From Bdellovibrionota bacterium (GTDB lineage Bacteria > Bdellovibrionota_G > JALEGL01 > DATDPG01), in assembly GCA_963668355.1 (NCBI GenBank), contig OY764265.1, positions 2,048,001 to 2,112,000 on the forward strand: DNA of 64,000 nucleotides, written 5' to 3'. A program made the translations under genes and the position numbers. Shown here in pieces: positions 1 through 8,537 of the stretch. Position 1 is the first letter of the stretch, and each line of letters begins with the position of its first letter. Under the pieces are notes generated by a model that was not told the DNA's origin, searched no databases, and saw only the letters and a list, made by a program, of their open reading frames with translations.

Positions 1-873
1 GGAACCGTCATCCGAGGAAATCGCATTGAGCAGCACTACGATGGTATTCACGCGTGTGGTGATGAGGATGAGACCTATCTCGTATTGGAAGATTTGAATG
101 ATGTTTTAGGGGGGCCTCCCTCCAGATGGACCAACCACGATACGGAAGTGTATGACAACGATATTTTTAATCAGAGGGATGACAATCTGGAGACCGATGG
201 AATCTGTGTGAATGCTAGGTTTTATCGAAATCGCTTGGGGAAAAGTGGCTCTCCTGTGAGCATTGCTCCTGCGTTACCTGGTCCCTATTTCTTTGTCCGA
301 AACTTGATGGTGGACTTCGAGGGAAGCGCAGTGAAGTTTAATATCGGTGGGGATCGAGGAACGATTCGGAATATCTTTTTCTATCACAATACCATTGTGC
401 GAACCCAAGAAGATCCGTCTTGGGATAACGCAGTTCTTTACCTCTATGATGGAATTCCCAGTCAGAACATTGTGTTTCGAAATAATATTTTAATGGGGAA
501 TCATCGGTTGGTGATTATCCAACCCGATTGGATTCATCGTCCTGACATGGATCATAATTTATGGTTTGCCACTGAGGGTGCTCCTGAGGAGCCCTTTATT
601 CGATGGGGAAATGAGGGCTGGAGTGAGGACTGGGAAGGGTGGAAAGATAGGAGCGGAAATGAAGAGCAGGGGGTGTGGATGAATCCCAGGCTTTCAAACG
701 GATTTATCCCATCTCCTCAAAGTCCAGTTGTAAACCACTCCAAAGTGCTTCGAATTCCGGGGATCAATGATCTCTATTTTGGTTCGGGTCCTGACTTTGG
801 TTTTCACGAAGTCTTTGTTCCAAAGAAACCCACACTCTATCGTCCGAACTGTCCTGTCGTTGGGGAACCCTAG
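1..873 (+). CDS. Right-handed parallel beta-helix (pectin lyase-like) secreted protein, 5'-truncated by window edge
   Basis: Frame is open from base 1 (GTVIRGNRIEQHYDG...); repeated YDNDIF/YRNRL/YHNTIV/FRNNIL beta-helix turns; C-terminal GSGPDFGFHE motif. Confidence 0.65.
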   Translation, partial: GTVIRGNRIEQHYDGIHACGDEDETYLVLEDLNDVLGGPPSRWTNHDTEVYDNDIFNQRDDNLETDGICVNARFYRNRLGKSGSPVSIAPALPGPYFFVRNLMVDFEGSAVKFNIGGDRGTIRNIFFYHNTIVRTQEDPSWDNAVLYLYDGIPSQNIVFRNNILMGNHRLVIIQPDWIHRPDMDHNLWFATEGAPEEPFIRWGNEGWSEDWEGWKDRSGNEEQGVWMNPRLSNGFIPSPQSPVVNHSKVLRIPGINDLYFGSGPDFGFHEVFVPKKPTLYRPNCPVVGEP

Positions 874-876
874 AGG

Positions 877-2304
877 TTAAAACGAGAAAAATGAGTAGCC
901 GTATCCTGCATAAACCTGAAGAGCAGTATCTTTAGCTTGTTTGAAGGTCCAACGGGGAGGGACTTCATACTCACGGTCCAACCACAGACATTTGGCACCC
1001 ACACACACACGATGTTTTTTCTTGAAGTTAAATACTTCGGCTTCTAATCCAAGCGTCCAGGCATTTTTGTATTGTTCTCGATATTCTAGGCTTAGGTCCG
1101 GACGAGATGGAATGTGTTCCTCATTCACAGAGGCAAAGTTACTCCAAGAAGCGGTTGCGCAGATCGGCCCCAAGACACGAACGGTCGCTTGAATTTCAGC
1201 GATGGAGAGCTTTTCCGCTCCTTCTTTTTCAAAGAAACTCCCGGGAAGTTGAAAACGACAGGTCATCCCAACTCGTTGATTGAATAAAAGCTGAAGTTCC
1301 GGAGTTGAAATGGGACCCGTAGAGTCAATGCGATCCGAGAGATGATCATCCCAACCGGTCATCATATGAAGCGTTCCCCCGACCACAAACTCCCACTTTG
1401 TATCAGAAGGATCTTCCACGGGCTTTTCAGTGGGGTTGGAAGGTTGCTCGTCACCCTTGTTTTCAATATGTGAGACGTCGCCATCGACCGGTTGAAGCAT
1501 CAATTGAACAGGAATGTCAGTTTGTCCTTCGGCCAATTGATACCATGCCACGGTCGGATCATCCTCCAATCCCCATTCCCCGAGTCGTTTTCTTACGACA
1601 TCCTCGAGTTCGGGTTCGGTTTCGGGGATCCAAACAACCAAGGCCTCGTTTGGCGCGTTGGCATGATCAATTATGCCTTCTAGTTGGGTCATCCCGTCTT
1701 CGGATAGCTCTCCCAATTGTCCGTTTTTGGTTCGGATCTGAAAAAAGGTGGGAGGGGATTGCAAGTTCTGCTTGGAAGCCCAATCTTCGATTCTTTGATC
1801 CGCTCGCTGGTCGATGAAGTCTTCCATGTGCGAATGGCGTGTGAGTTCAAAGGTGGTCACAGGCCTAGGGGTAGCTTCGTTCGTTTGATTATTTCCCGGA
1901 AGATATTTGACGAACATGTTTCGTTCGCTTCGAGTCATTCCGATGTACTTTCCAAGCAAGAAATCGATGCCGTCGGCTCCTCTGCCCATGGCCAACCCGC
2001 CATCGAGAGCGTTTTCGACTTCATCGGATTCGATGGAAACCCAATCCACGTTTGAAAAGCCCCCATTTACGACCAGAAAATATTCGGGATGTTTTCGAAG
2101 ACGTTTCAACATTTCGATCAGGGGAGGCGCATCTTTTTTTGTGTAAACGTGATACGTCCCATTTTCCATCACAATGGCGTGGCAAAGAATGATGTTGGGA
2201 TCCCGCTTGTCACAGGGCGTTTGAAAAGATTCCGCCTGAGATCGTTGAGTTCCGACGAACAACAATAAAATAAACATTCCTAAAACAAAAAACCTTGTTT
2301 TCAT
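877..2304 (-). CDS. Hypothetical exported protein
   Basis: Long ORF; signal peptide MKTRFFVLGMFILLLFVG; C-terminal YAGYGYSFFSF resembles a beta-barrel end. Confidence 0.55.
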   Translation of the reverse strand: MKTRFFVLGMFILLLFVGTQRSQAESFQTPCDKRDPNIILCHAIVMENGTYHVYTKKDAPPLIEMLKRLRKHPEYFLVVNGGFSNVDWVSIESDEVENALDGGLAMGRGADGIDFLLGKYIGMTRSERNMFVKYLPGNNQTNEATPRPVTTFELTRHSHMEDFIDQRADQRIEDWASKQNLQSPPTFFQIRTKNGQLGELSEDGMTQLEGIIDHANAPNEALVVWIPETEPELEDVVRKRLGEWGLEDDPTVAWYQLAEGQTDIPVQLMLQPVDGDVSHIENKGDEQPSNPTEKPVEDPSDTKWEFVVGGTLHMMTGWDDHLSDRIDSTGPISTPELQLLFNQRVGMTCRFQLPGSFFEKEGAEKLSIAEIQATVRVLGPICATASWSNFASVNEEHIPSRPDLSLEYREQYKNAWTLGLEAEVFNFKKKHRVCVGAKCLWLDREYEVPPRWTFKQAKDTALQVYAGYGYSFFSF

Positions 2305-2312
2305 CGTACTTC

Positions 2313-3152
2313 CTAATCGGTTGTCGTTTCGTACCAAAGATCAAATGAGAGCCAGTAACCACTGGAACCGTTCGGTTCATCTCGAATCACGATCTGTCCA
2401 TTTTCATTCAAGCTGACAGAGTCACGCCCGACCAAGGTTTCGAGTGAGGATTCAATGATGTAGCTCAAACCCCCATCTTTCTTGTTGGGTAATTCCAGGT
2501 CGAGATCGGCACTGACGCATTCCTGTGTTTCCCAATTGCAGAAGATCCCTTCTTCAAAATGAAATGGGTCCAATTCCCAGGGATTTATTTCTCGCGTGAC
2601 ATTCGAATAATCTGTGATTCGAACGAGAGGGGAGGGATATTCTAAAGGACGTTGGCCGGAGACATGAACGAGGTTCAATACGCCATCTTCAATTCGAAGA
2701 TGATCTTCACGGTCAATCGCAATTTCAACTTCAAGAGTCGCTTTGGCAATTCCGCTAGAGGGGTCATCTCCATTTCCCCCTTCAAGAATGATGTAGTCTC
2801 GCTGGACAATCGCGCTGGGGGTATATCCTTCTAAATAAGCTCTGCAGCGGACCGTCTTAGAAGCCGCTACCCAAAATCCTTGAATGACTTGAATGGAGGC
2901 TTCTGTGGGATCGGAGCCATCAATTGTGCAATATGCAGTGGATCCAGCTGTGGTGGAAGTGATTTCCACGTAGACGGGGTCTTCATACATACCGCTGGAA
3001 GGTGAGATCGTTGGATCGGTTACCTGCGATGTGTTGGTCGACGCGGATTCATTTTGATTCGTATCCGAATTCAAGGTCCGGTCGATGTCCGTTCCACATG
3101 AGAGGGTGAAAAGAAGCGAAATGATGAGAAATGTGTTTTTCAGTCTATTCAT
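2313..3152 (-). CDS. Lipoprotein with Fn3-associated/chitobiase C-terminal-like domain
   Basis: Lipobox FTLSC; PTISPSSGMY...YCTIDGSDPT motif. Confidence 0.7.
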   Translation of the reverse strand: MNRLKNTFLIISLLFTLSCGTDIDRTLNSDTNQNESASTNTSQVTDPTISPSSGMYEDPVYVEITSTTAGSTAYCTIDGSDPTEASIQVIQGFWVAASKTVRCRAYLEGYTPSAIVQRDYIILEGGNGDDPSSGIAKATLEVEIAIDREDHLRIEDGVLNLVHVSGQRPLEYPSPLVRITDYSNVTREINPWELDPFHFEEGIFCNWETQECVSADLDLELPNKKDGGLSYIIESSLETLVGRDSVSLNENGQIVIRDEPNGSSGYWLSFDLWYETTTD

Positions 3153-3241
3153 GGCTTATCTGCTGCGGGCGTATATCATTTATGACGCGTCAAATCAATA
3201 TCTTGACGCGAGGGTGTAAGGATGATAGGCGCGCCTTCCAT

Positions 3242-4357
3242 ATGATGAAGTTCAAACTTTCTTACCTCTTGTTATTATTGAGTTTTTCAACCTCAGCCTG
3301 GGCTCAGGAGGATCCATTTCTCAATCGGATACATCTTTGGGCCGGAGGCGATGCCGGTTATAACCGAATTGCAGCTTCTCGAACCAATGAATTGAGCAAG
3401 GACGGTTATCAACTGGATGTAAGTGGATTTGCCTCAACCTCTCTGGAGGATGTGACGGTCGAACTGGGGGGCGGATGGCTTTATAACGTTTCGGAAGGGG
3501 AGACCTCTACGGGAACCGTTCTGAATGACAAAATCACGACCAAAGCTGGATTTGCCCACTTGGTGGGGCGATATCGAATTTCCCCCGAATGGGAAATCGG
3601 CATGGCCAATCGACTCCTTTTCGGTGCCGACGCTCGTTTCCAAAGTTCTACAGCGGCCGACAATCGCGTCCATTGGTTTGCAGGCTTACAAGGGGTTTAT
3701 CGCGCACCGTTTCGCTTTCCTTTGCAACTGTCCGCGACGGCTCTCACAGATGTGACGGTTTCGGGAAGGCAGATTTATCAGTTTCTCTTCGGTCTTCATG
3801 TCGGTTTTGGCATTTTTGACTTCGGTACGGACGAAACGTTTGCGCCGGTTAAAACCAAAGAAGTTCAGAAAATTAAAGTGGAAAGTGTTGTCCAGCCGGC
3901 ACCGGCTGTACCCGAAGTGGTAACCGTTCAAGTTCAGGTTCCCGAACCCAAACGAACCTATGTATTGGATTTACAGCGCATTCAATTCGATTTTGATAGT
4001 GCGAAGCTAAAACCCCAAGCGAAGGAAATGTTGAAAAAAGTCGGGATGTTCTTGGCGACACATCAGGATGCCTGGAACCACTTGACCATTGAAGGGCATA
4101 CAGATCAGATTGGTTCCAATGCCTATAATTTAAAATTGTCTCAGGCACGTGCGGAAAGCGTGCGAACGGAACTTCTGGCCAATGGTGTAGGAGAAGATGC
4201 TGTTTTGGCCAAAGGTTTGAGTTTTTCCGAGCCCTTGGTTCAAGAAAATACGGCACTGGATCGACAGAAGAATCGAAGAGTGGAGTTTGAGTTCGAGGGC
4301 ATTCAAGATCCGGAAGCGCTCGACGAGTTCTTCCAAAAGATCAATCAAGCATACTGA
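3242..4357 (+). CDS. OmpA family outer membrane protein
   Basis: Signal peptide, beta-barrel N-domain, C-terminal IQFDFDSA...IEGHTD...YNLKLSQARA...NRRVE peptidoglycan-binding domain. Confidence 0.9.
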   Translation: MMKFKLSYLLLLLSFSTSAWAQEDPFLNRIHLWAGGDAGYNRIAASRTNELSKDGYQLDVSGFASTSLEDVTVELGGGWLYNVSEGETSTGTVLNDKITTKAGFAHLVGRYRISPEWEIGMANRLLFGADARFQSSTAADNRVHWFAGLQGVYRAPFRFPLQLSATALTDVTVSGRQIYQFLFGLHVGFGIFDFGTDETFAPVKTKEVQKIKVESVVQPAPAVPEVVTVQVQVPEPKRTYVLDLQRIQFDFDSAKLKPQAKEMLKKVGMFLATHQDAWNHLTIEGHTDQIGSNAYNLKLSQARAESVRTELLANGVGEDAVLAKGLSFSEPLVQENTALDRQKNRRVEFEFEGIQDPEALDEFFQKINQAY

Positions 4358-4791
4358 AAACATAAAGCTTTTTGCGGGGGAACCCTCCAAATTTCTGTTT
4401 GTCATTCAGGGGGGCAAAGCCGTGACACGGCTTTGGAAATGAATCCTTTTTTTCGGCCTTTTTAACCTTTCGAAAAAGAAAAACCGAGAAACGCTGCCCT
4501 CCTTCCAGGGACACTTCGTCGCGGGTTACGCCCCGCTCCTCGTTCGGGACTCGGTAACTGTATGTATATAAGCATGGATACAGTCACCTCCCCCGAGGTA
4601 TCGCTTTCGTCCAGGCCAACACGATTCGCATCTTTTCCCGTTTTTGGAATCGACAGACCCGCGTTTCTCGGTTTTTCGTCTGTGAGAGGGGAATGTCAGG
4701 TTTATGGGGGGCTGGGGGTTGCGGAATTGGGGAAACGTGGTAGAAGGGCGGCTCGAAAAAATAGACTACTGAAATCAAAGGAGAGTAGGAA

Positions 4792-5067
4792 ATGGCAAGT
4801 GTATGTGAATTTTCCGGAAAGCGGCCGCTGACCGGGCACAAAGTATCCAATTCAAACCAGAAGACCAAACGTCGACAAATGCCCAATCTTCAGAAGAAGG
4901 CGTTCTACGTTCCTGAGCTGAAAAAATCCTTCACAGTCACGTTGTCCGCTCGGGCGTTGCGTTCCATCGAAAAACAGGGAGGTCTTTCCCAGGCTTTGCG
5001 AAAGGCAAAACCTGAGACATTGTCTTCCAGACTTCAAACCCTTCGCACCCGCATCCAATCAAGCTAA
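4792..5067 (+). CDS. rpmB: 50S ribosomal protein L28
   Basis: MASVCEFSGKRPLTGHKVSNSNQKTKRRQMPNLQ; RBS upstream. Confidence 0.95.
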   Translation: MASVCEFSGKRPLTGHKVSNSNQKTKRRQMPNLQKKAFYVPELKKSFTVTLSARALRSIEKQGGLSQALRKAKPETLSSRLQTLRTRIQSS

Positions 5068-5079
5068 CGGAGAATATTC

Positions 5080-5319
5080 ATGGAACTCGTCAAAAAGACT
5101 TCTGAGTACAAGATTTTTAAAAAACGATCTGGTCGCTTTTGCGTTCAAAATGAAAAACGAAGCTGGGTCAATGGGGAGGACAAAGTCAAAATTCTCGTAG
5201 GCGAGAAATTGATCAAAGCTGCCATGCCCAAGCCGAAAGAAGAACCCAAAGAAGAGCCTGCTGAAGCCAAAGCCGATGAGGCCAAGGATTCAGAAGCCAA
5301 AACCGAAGAAGAAAAATAA
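5080..5319 (+). CDS. Small hypothetical protein with acidic tail
   Basis: RBS GGAG; in series between rpmB and murB. Confidence 0.7.
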   Translation: MELVKKTSEYKIFKKRSGRFCVQNEKRSWVNGEDKVKILVGEKLIKAAMPKPKEEPKEEPAEAKADEAKDSEAKTEEEK

Positions 5320-5355
5320 GTTTTTTCTAAGCTCGGTGAGGGTATAACCCCTTCC

Positions 5356-6408
5356 ATGACAGATCTTCTGGCTCATCACACCACATTTGAACTGGGTGGG
5401 GTCGTGCGGGAAGTGAGAAGGCCTCACACCTTGTCTGCGCTTGAGCAAGAACTACAATCCTTTCACCCCAGTTCCATCTTGATTCTTGGGGCCGGCAGCA
5501 ACGTCTTGGTTTCCGATGAGGGGTTTGATGGAACGTTGATCAAACCGGAACTCAAGGGCATTGAAATTCTGCATCAAGGAAGCCATTCCGTTCGTGTACG
5601 AGTGTATGCCGGAGAAGTTTGGGACGACTGGGTGGCCCATGCTGTGGGTCAAGGTTGGCAAGGAATCGAAAGCTTGAGTGGGATTCCAGGTTGGGTGGGC
5701 GCGGCTCCCATCCAAAACATTGGGGCATATGGTCAAGAAGTCTCTTCGAGCATTTTTGCTGTTCATGCGTTGGAAAAGGGCACGGGGGAAGAGAAAGCAT
5801 TTTCAAAAGACGAATGCCTGTTTGCCTATCGTTCTAGTGCCTTCAAAAAAAGACAAAGCCCTTGGGTTATTTATGCAGTGGATTTTGATTTGAACGTTTC
5901 CAGGACGGCTCGCACGAATCATCCAGAAGTATGCCGAGAACTCGGAGGAGATTCTTCATCGCTTCTGGACTTGAGGAACTCCGTTTTACAAATTCGGAAA
6001 CGAAAGAACATGCTTCTAGATGAGAGGAATTCGAATCGTCGAAGCGCTGGATCGTTTTTTCTCAATCCCATGGTGACTCCTAAACAAGCCTATTTCGTAG
6101 AAGCCGTGTGTGCGAATAACGGATGGGAAGTGCCCGAAAGTTTTCCGACAGAAGATGGCAGAGTTAAGTTGAGTGCTGCGTGGTTGATTGAAAGGTGTGG
6201 GTTTGCAAAAGGATTTTCTTTGGGAAATGCAAGGCTTTCGACCAAACACTGCCTTTCCATTGTGGCTCAAGGACGTGCGACGTCGGTTGACGTGGTGAAA
6301 TTGGCCAAGGAAATTTCGAGTCAGGTCAAAAAGGTCTTTGATGTAGACCTTATTCCCGAACCCACCTTCATCGGGTTTGGACAGAGTTGGGAAAAACTGA
6401 ATTTCTAG
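5356..6408 (+). CDS. murB: UDP-N-acetylenolpyruvoylglucosamine reductase
   Basis: LGAGSNVL, IPGWVGAAPIQNIGAYG, SAGSFFLNP, KLSAAWLIE motifs. Confidence 0.95.
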   Translation: MTDLLAHHTTFELGGVVREVRRPHTLSALEQELQSFHPSSILILGAGSNVLVSDEGFDGTLIKPELKGIEILHQGSHSVRVRVYAGEVWDDWVAHAVGQGWQGIESLSGIPGWVGAAPIQNIGAYGQEVSSSIFAVHALEKGTGEEKAFSKDECLFAYRSSAFKKRQSPWVIYAVDFDLNVSRTARTNHPEVCRELGGDSSSLLDLRNSVLQIRKRKNMLLDERNSNRRSAGSFFLNPMVTPKQAYFVEAVCANNGWEVPESFPTEDGRVKLSAAWLIERCGFAKGFSLGNARLSTKHCLSIVAQGRATSVDVVKLAKEISSQVKKVFDVDLIPEPTFIGFGQSWEKLNF

Positions 6409-6417
6409 GACGGAATA

Positions 6418-7179
6418 TTACGTCCAAATTCCTGTAGAATTTTCAACCATGTATTTCACAATATCCTTCGATTCATACATGCATTGACCGTCTACAAGTA
6501 GGCAGGGGGCTTGATCTTTTCCCCCTATTCCTTTCAGCTCCTCCAAAAACTCCGGATGATCGTTCACATTGCATACTTCGATGTCTTCTTGAAGGCGACA
6601 ATTGGCCAACGCCAAAAAAGCGGCTTTCGAAAATCCACAGGAACTTTTGATGAAAAGTCTTGCCCCCTTTGCCACTCCTTGAGGAGGCCGGGAGGGTGGA
6701 AGAGTCTTCGCGTACGCTTGGTCGAATTGCTCAACAAAGGTGGCCAAATCTTCGATGTTTCGTTGTCCTCCCGGTGTTACAGAAGAGGCATGTCGGACAA
6801 TGCCCTCCGCATCCACAAACACCGTAGCTCGATCTGTAATTCCTTTCTCTTCCAAATAAAGACCGAACTGTGACGCCATTCCTCCTTTGGGGTGAAAATC
6901 GGCGAGAAGAGGGAGTGAAATGCCTCCCATGCTCTCGGCCCAGTTGGCATGGCAATAAACACTGTCAACGGAAATTCCAAAGACTTGTGTGTGAGCATTT
7001 TTGAATCGATGTTGCAGCGCTTCCAGCGCTGGAATTTCACGGCTTCACGTGGGGGTGAAGTCGAGGGGGTAGAATAAAAGGAGGACGTGTTGTTTCCCTT
7101 TGAACTGGCTCAATGAGAACGTTCGTCCAAACTGGTCGTTCAAAGAAAAATTAGGAGCAGGGGTTCCAGACTCGATCAT
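6418..7179 (-). CDS. Probable selenoprotein: AhpC/TSA peroxiredoxin (Sec at UGA 7045-7047) fused to a glutaredoxin-like domain
   Basis: ORF 7045..7257 ends FYPLDFTPT-TGA at the peroxidatic Cys position and continues in frame (SREIPALEALQHRFKNAHTQVFGISVDSVYCHANWAES) into ORF 6418..6930; C-terminal KSSCGFS...GGKDQAPCL...MYESKDI. Confidence 0.85.
7015..7031 (-). promoter_or_regulatory. SECIS-like hairpin downstream of the in-frame UGA
   Basis: CAGCGCT-GGA-AGCGCTG stem-loop beginning 13 nt after UGA, G in the apical loop. Confidence 0.65.
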
Positions 7180-7235
7180 GTTCAATGTTTTACGTGAGGT
7201 TTTTATGGGCGACAAGCCCCCTTTTTGGGGGAAGG

Positions 7236-7799
7236 CTACTTCGTGATTTCGACCCAAAACATTCCGCGAAAATCTCCCCGTTTAAAGCCGTGGGCTTGAT
7301 CTTCTGGGTAGCGTGCCATGATCGCTGTTTTGACATCCTCGTCGAGCTTGGTTCCATGACACTTTAAACAAAGGGAGGTGGTGTAAATGGGCTCCACATA
7401 TCCCCACTTTTGTTCTCCCAAGGAGACGAGTTCGGGGGCCTTGGGTTCAATGTTTGAGCTGTTCTTATACTTCTCCAAAAAGGGGATCATCCATTTCTTT
7501 GGCGCATTGTGAGAATTTCGGATTTTGTGACTGGTTCTTCCCACCAAAAAACCATTTTTGGAGTGCTCCTCTGCCATTTCTGGAGCTGCTGAACGGCAGA
7601 ACCCGACCGCTCCGGCAATTCCCCCCTTTGTGACAACCGTAACCAAGGATTTTTTAAGGCCCGAAGCAAACGTTTTTACGATCTTTGCTGCTTCCTCTTT
7701 GACTTCTTGTTCGTCAGGAGAGGCCGATGCGAGAACGGGAATTGCAAAAATGACCAAGAACCAAAAAACAAATTTTTGCATGAAATGAAGTGTAATCAA
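7236..7799 (-). CDS. Periplasmic c-type heme protein (DUF3365/Tll0287-like)
   Basis: Signal peptide; GRTSHKIRN..N.P; CLKCHG; YPEDQAHGFKRGDFRG. Confidence 0.85.
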   Translation of the reverse strand: MITLHFMQKFVFWFLVIFAIPVLASASPDEQEVKEEAAKIVKTFASGLKKSLVTVVTKGGIAGAVGFCRSAAPEMAEEHSKNGFLVGRTSHKIRNSHNAPKKWMIPFLEKYKNSSNIEPKAPELVSLGEQKWGYVEPIYTTSLCLKCHGTKLDEDVKTAIMARYPEDQAHGFKRGDFRGMFWVEITK

Positions 7800-7826
7800 A
7801 AAAAACGAGCGCCACCAGTTTTGACC

Positions 7827-8498
7827 TCATTGCTTTTCCTGAAATTGTTTCAGTGCGTTTTTTAAGTCTGCGTATTTGTTCTCATAGTCTTTCATGGAGC
7901 GCTCAATGACCTCATGAGCCTCATCTCGGTTATACGCATGAGTGATTTCAGTGTTTCTCTTTTTGGTCCCAGGAGCATCTTTATAGGTTAGGAAATAGTG
8001 TTTGAGGCGCTCAATCAGGGCTGGGGGACATTCATATAAGTCCTTCATATGTCCATAAATGGCGTCACCCTTCATGACCGCAATGATTTTGTCATCCGCT
8101 TCTTGCCCATCAATCATTCGTAACCCTCCAATGGGCCTAACTGGGAGCAATATATCCCCATGCGTGATGGATTTTTCCGCCAGCACACAGATGTCCAAAG
8201 GATCTCCGTCTCCAACGATTTGCTCACGGGAAGCTTTTTCCATACAAAACTCGGCGATCAAATCTCCACAATAAGTCTGAGGAATGAGACCGTATAATGT
8301 TGGATAAACATTCGAAAATTTTTGAGGGCGATCCACTTTTAAATGGCCCGAGCCCTTGTCCAACTCATATTTGACCGTGTCCGAGGGAACAATCTCAATA
8401 TAGGCTGTAACGGTTTCTGGCGCCGTATCTCCAATGCTGACTCCGTGCCAGGGATGCGCTTGAAATAGATGGATCAAGAGTTCCTGTTTGATGTTCAT
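7827..8498 (-). CDS. ppa: Inorganic pyrophosphatase (family I)
   Basis: HPWH, KYELDK, YGLIPQT, DGDPLDICVL, EADDKIIAV. Confidence 0.95.
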   Translation of the reverse strand: MNIKQELLIHLFQAHPWHGVSIGDTAPETVTAYIEIVPSDTVKYELDKGSGHLKVDRPQKFSNVYPTLYGLIPQTYCGDLIAEFCMEKASREQIVGDGDPLDICVLAEKSITHGDILLPVRPIGGLRMIDGQEADDKIIAVMKGDAIYGHMKDLYECPPALIERLKHYFLTYKDAPGTKKRNTEITHAYNRDEAHEVIERSMKDYENKYADLKNALKQFQEKQ

Positions 8499-8537
8499 GA
8501 CTTTCCTTTCGCTGGAAGTCTAGTCCAGTTTTCCCAC

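Noticed and set aside
4358..4790. Long intergenic region before rpmB with small hairpins; possible ncRNA or leader
   Set aside because: No recognisable RNA family motif; cannot be supported without a covariance search
7045..7257. Separate 70-aa ORF, or peroxiredoxin pseudogene
   Set aside because: Stop is a UGA at the catalytic position with in-frame continuation and a SECIS-like hairpin; treated as one selenoprotein gene
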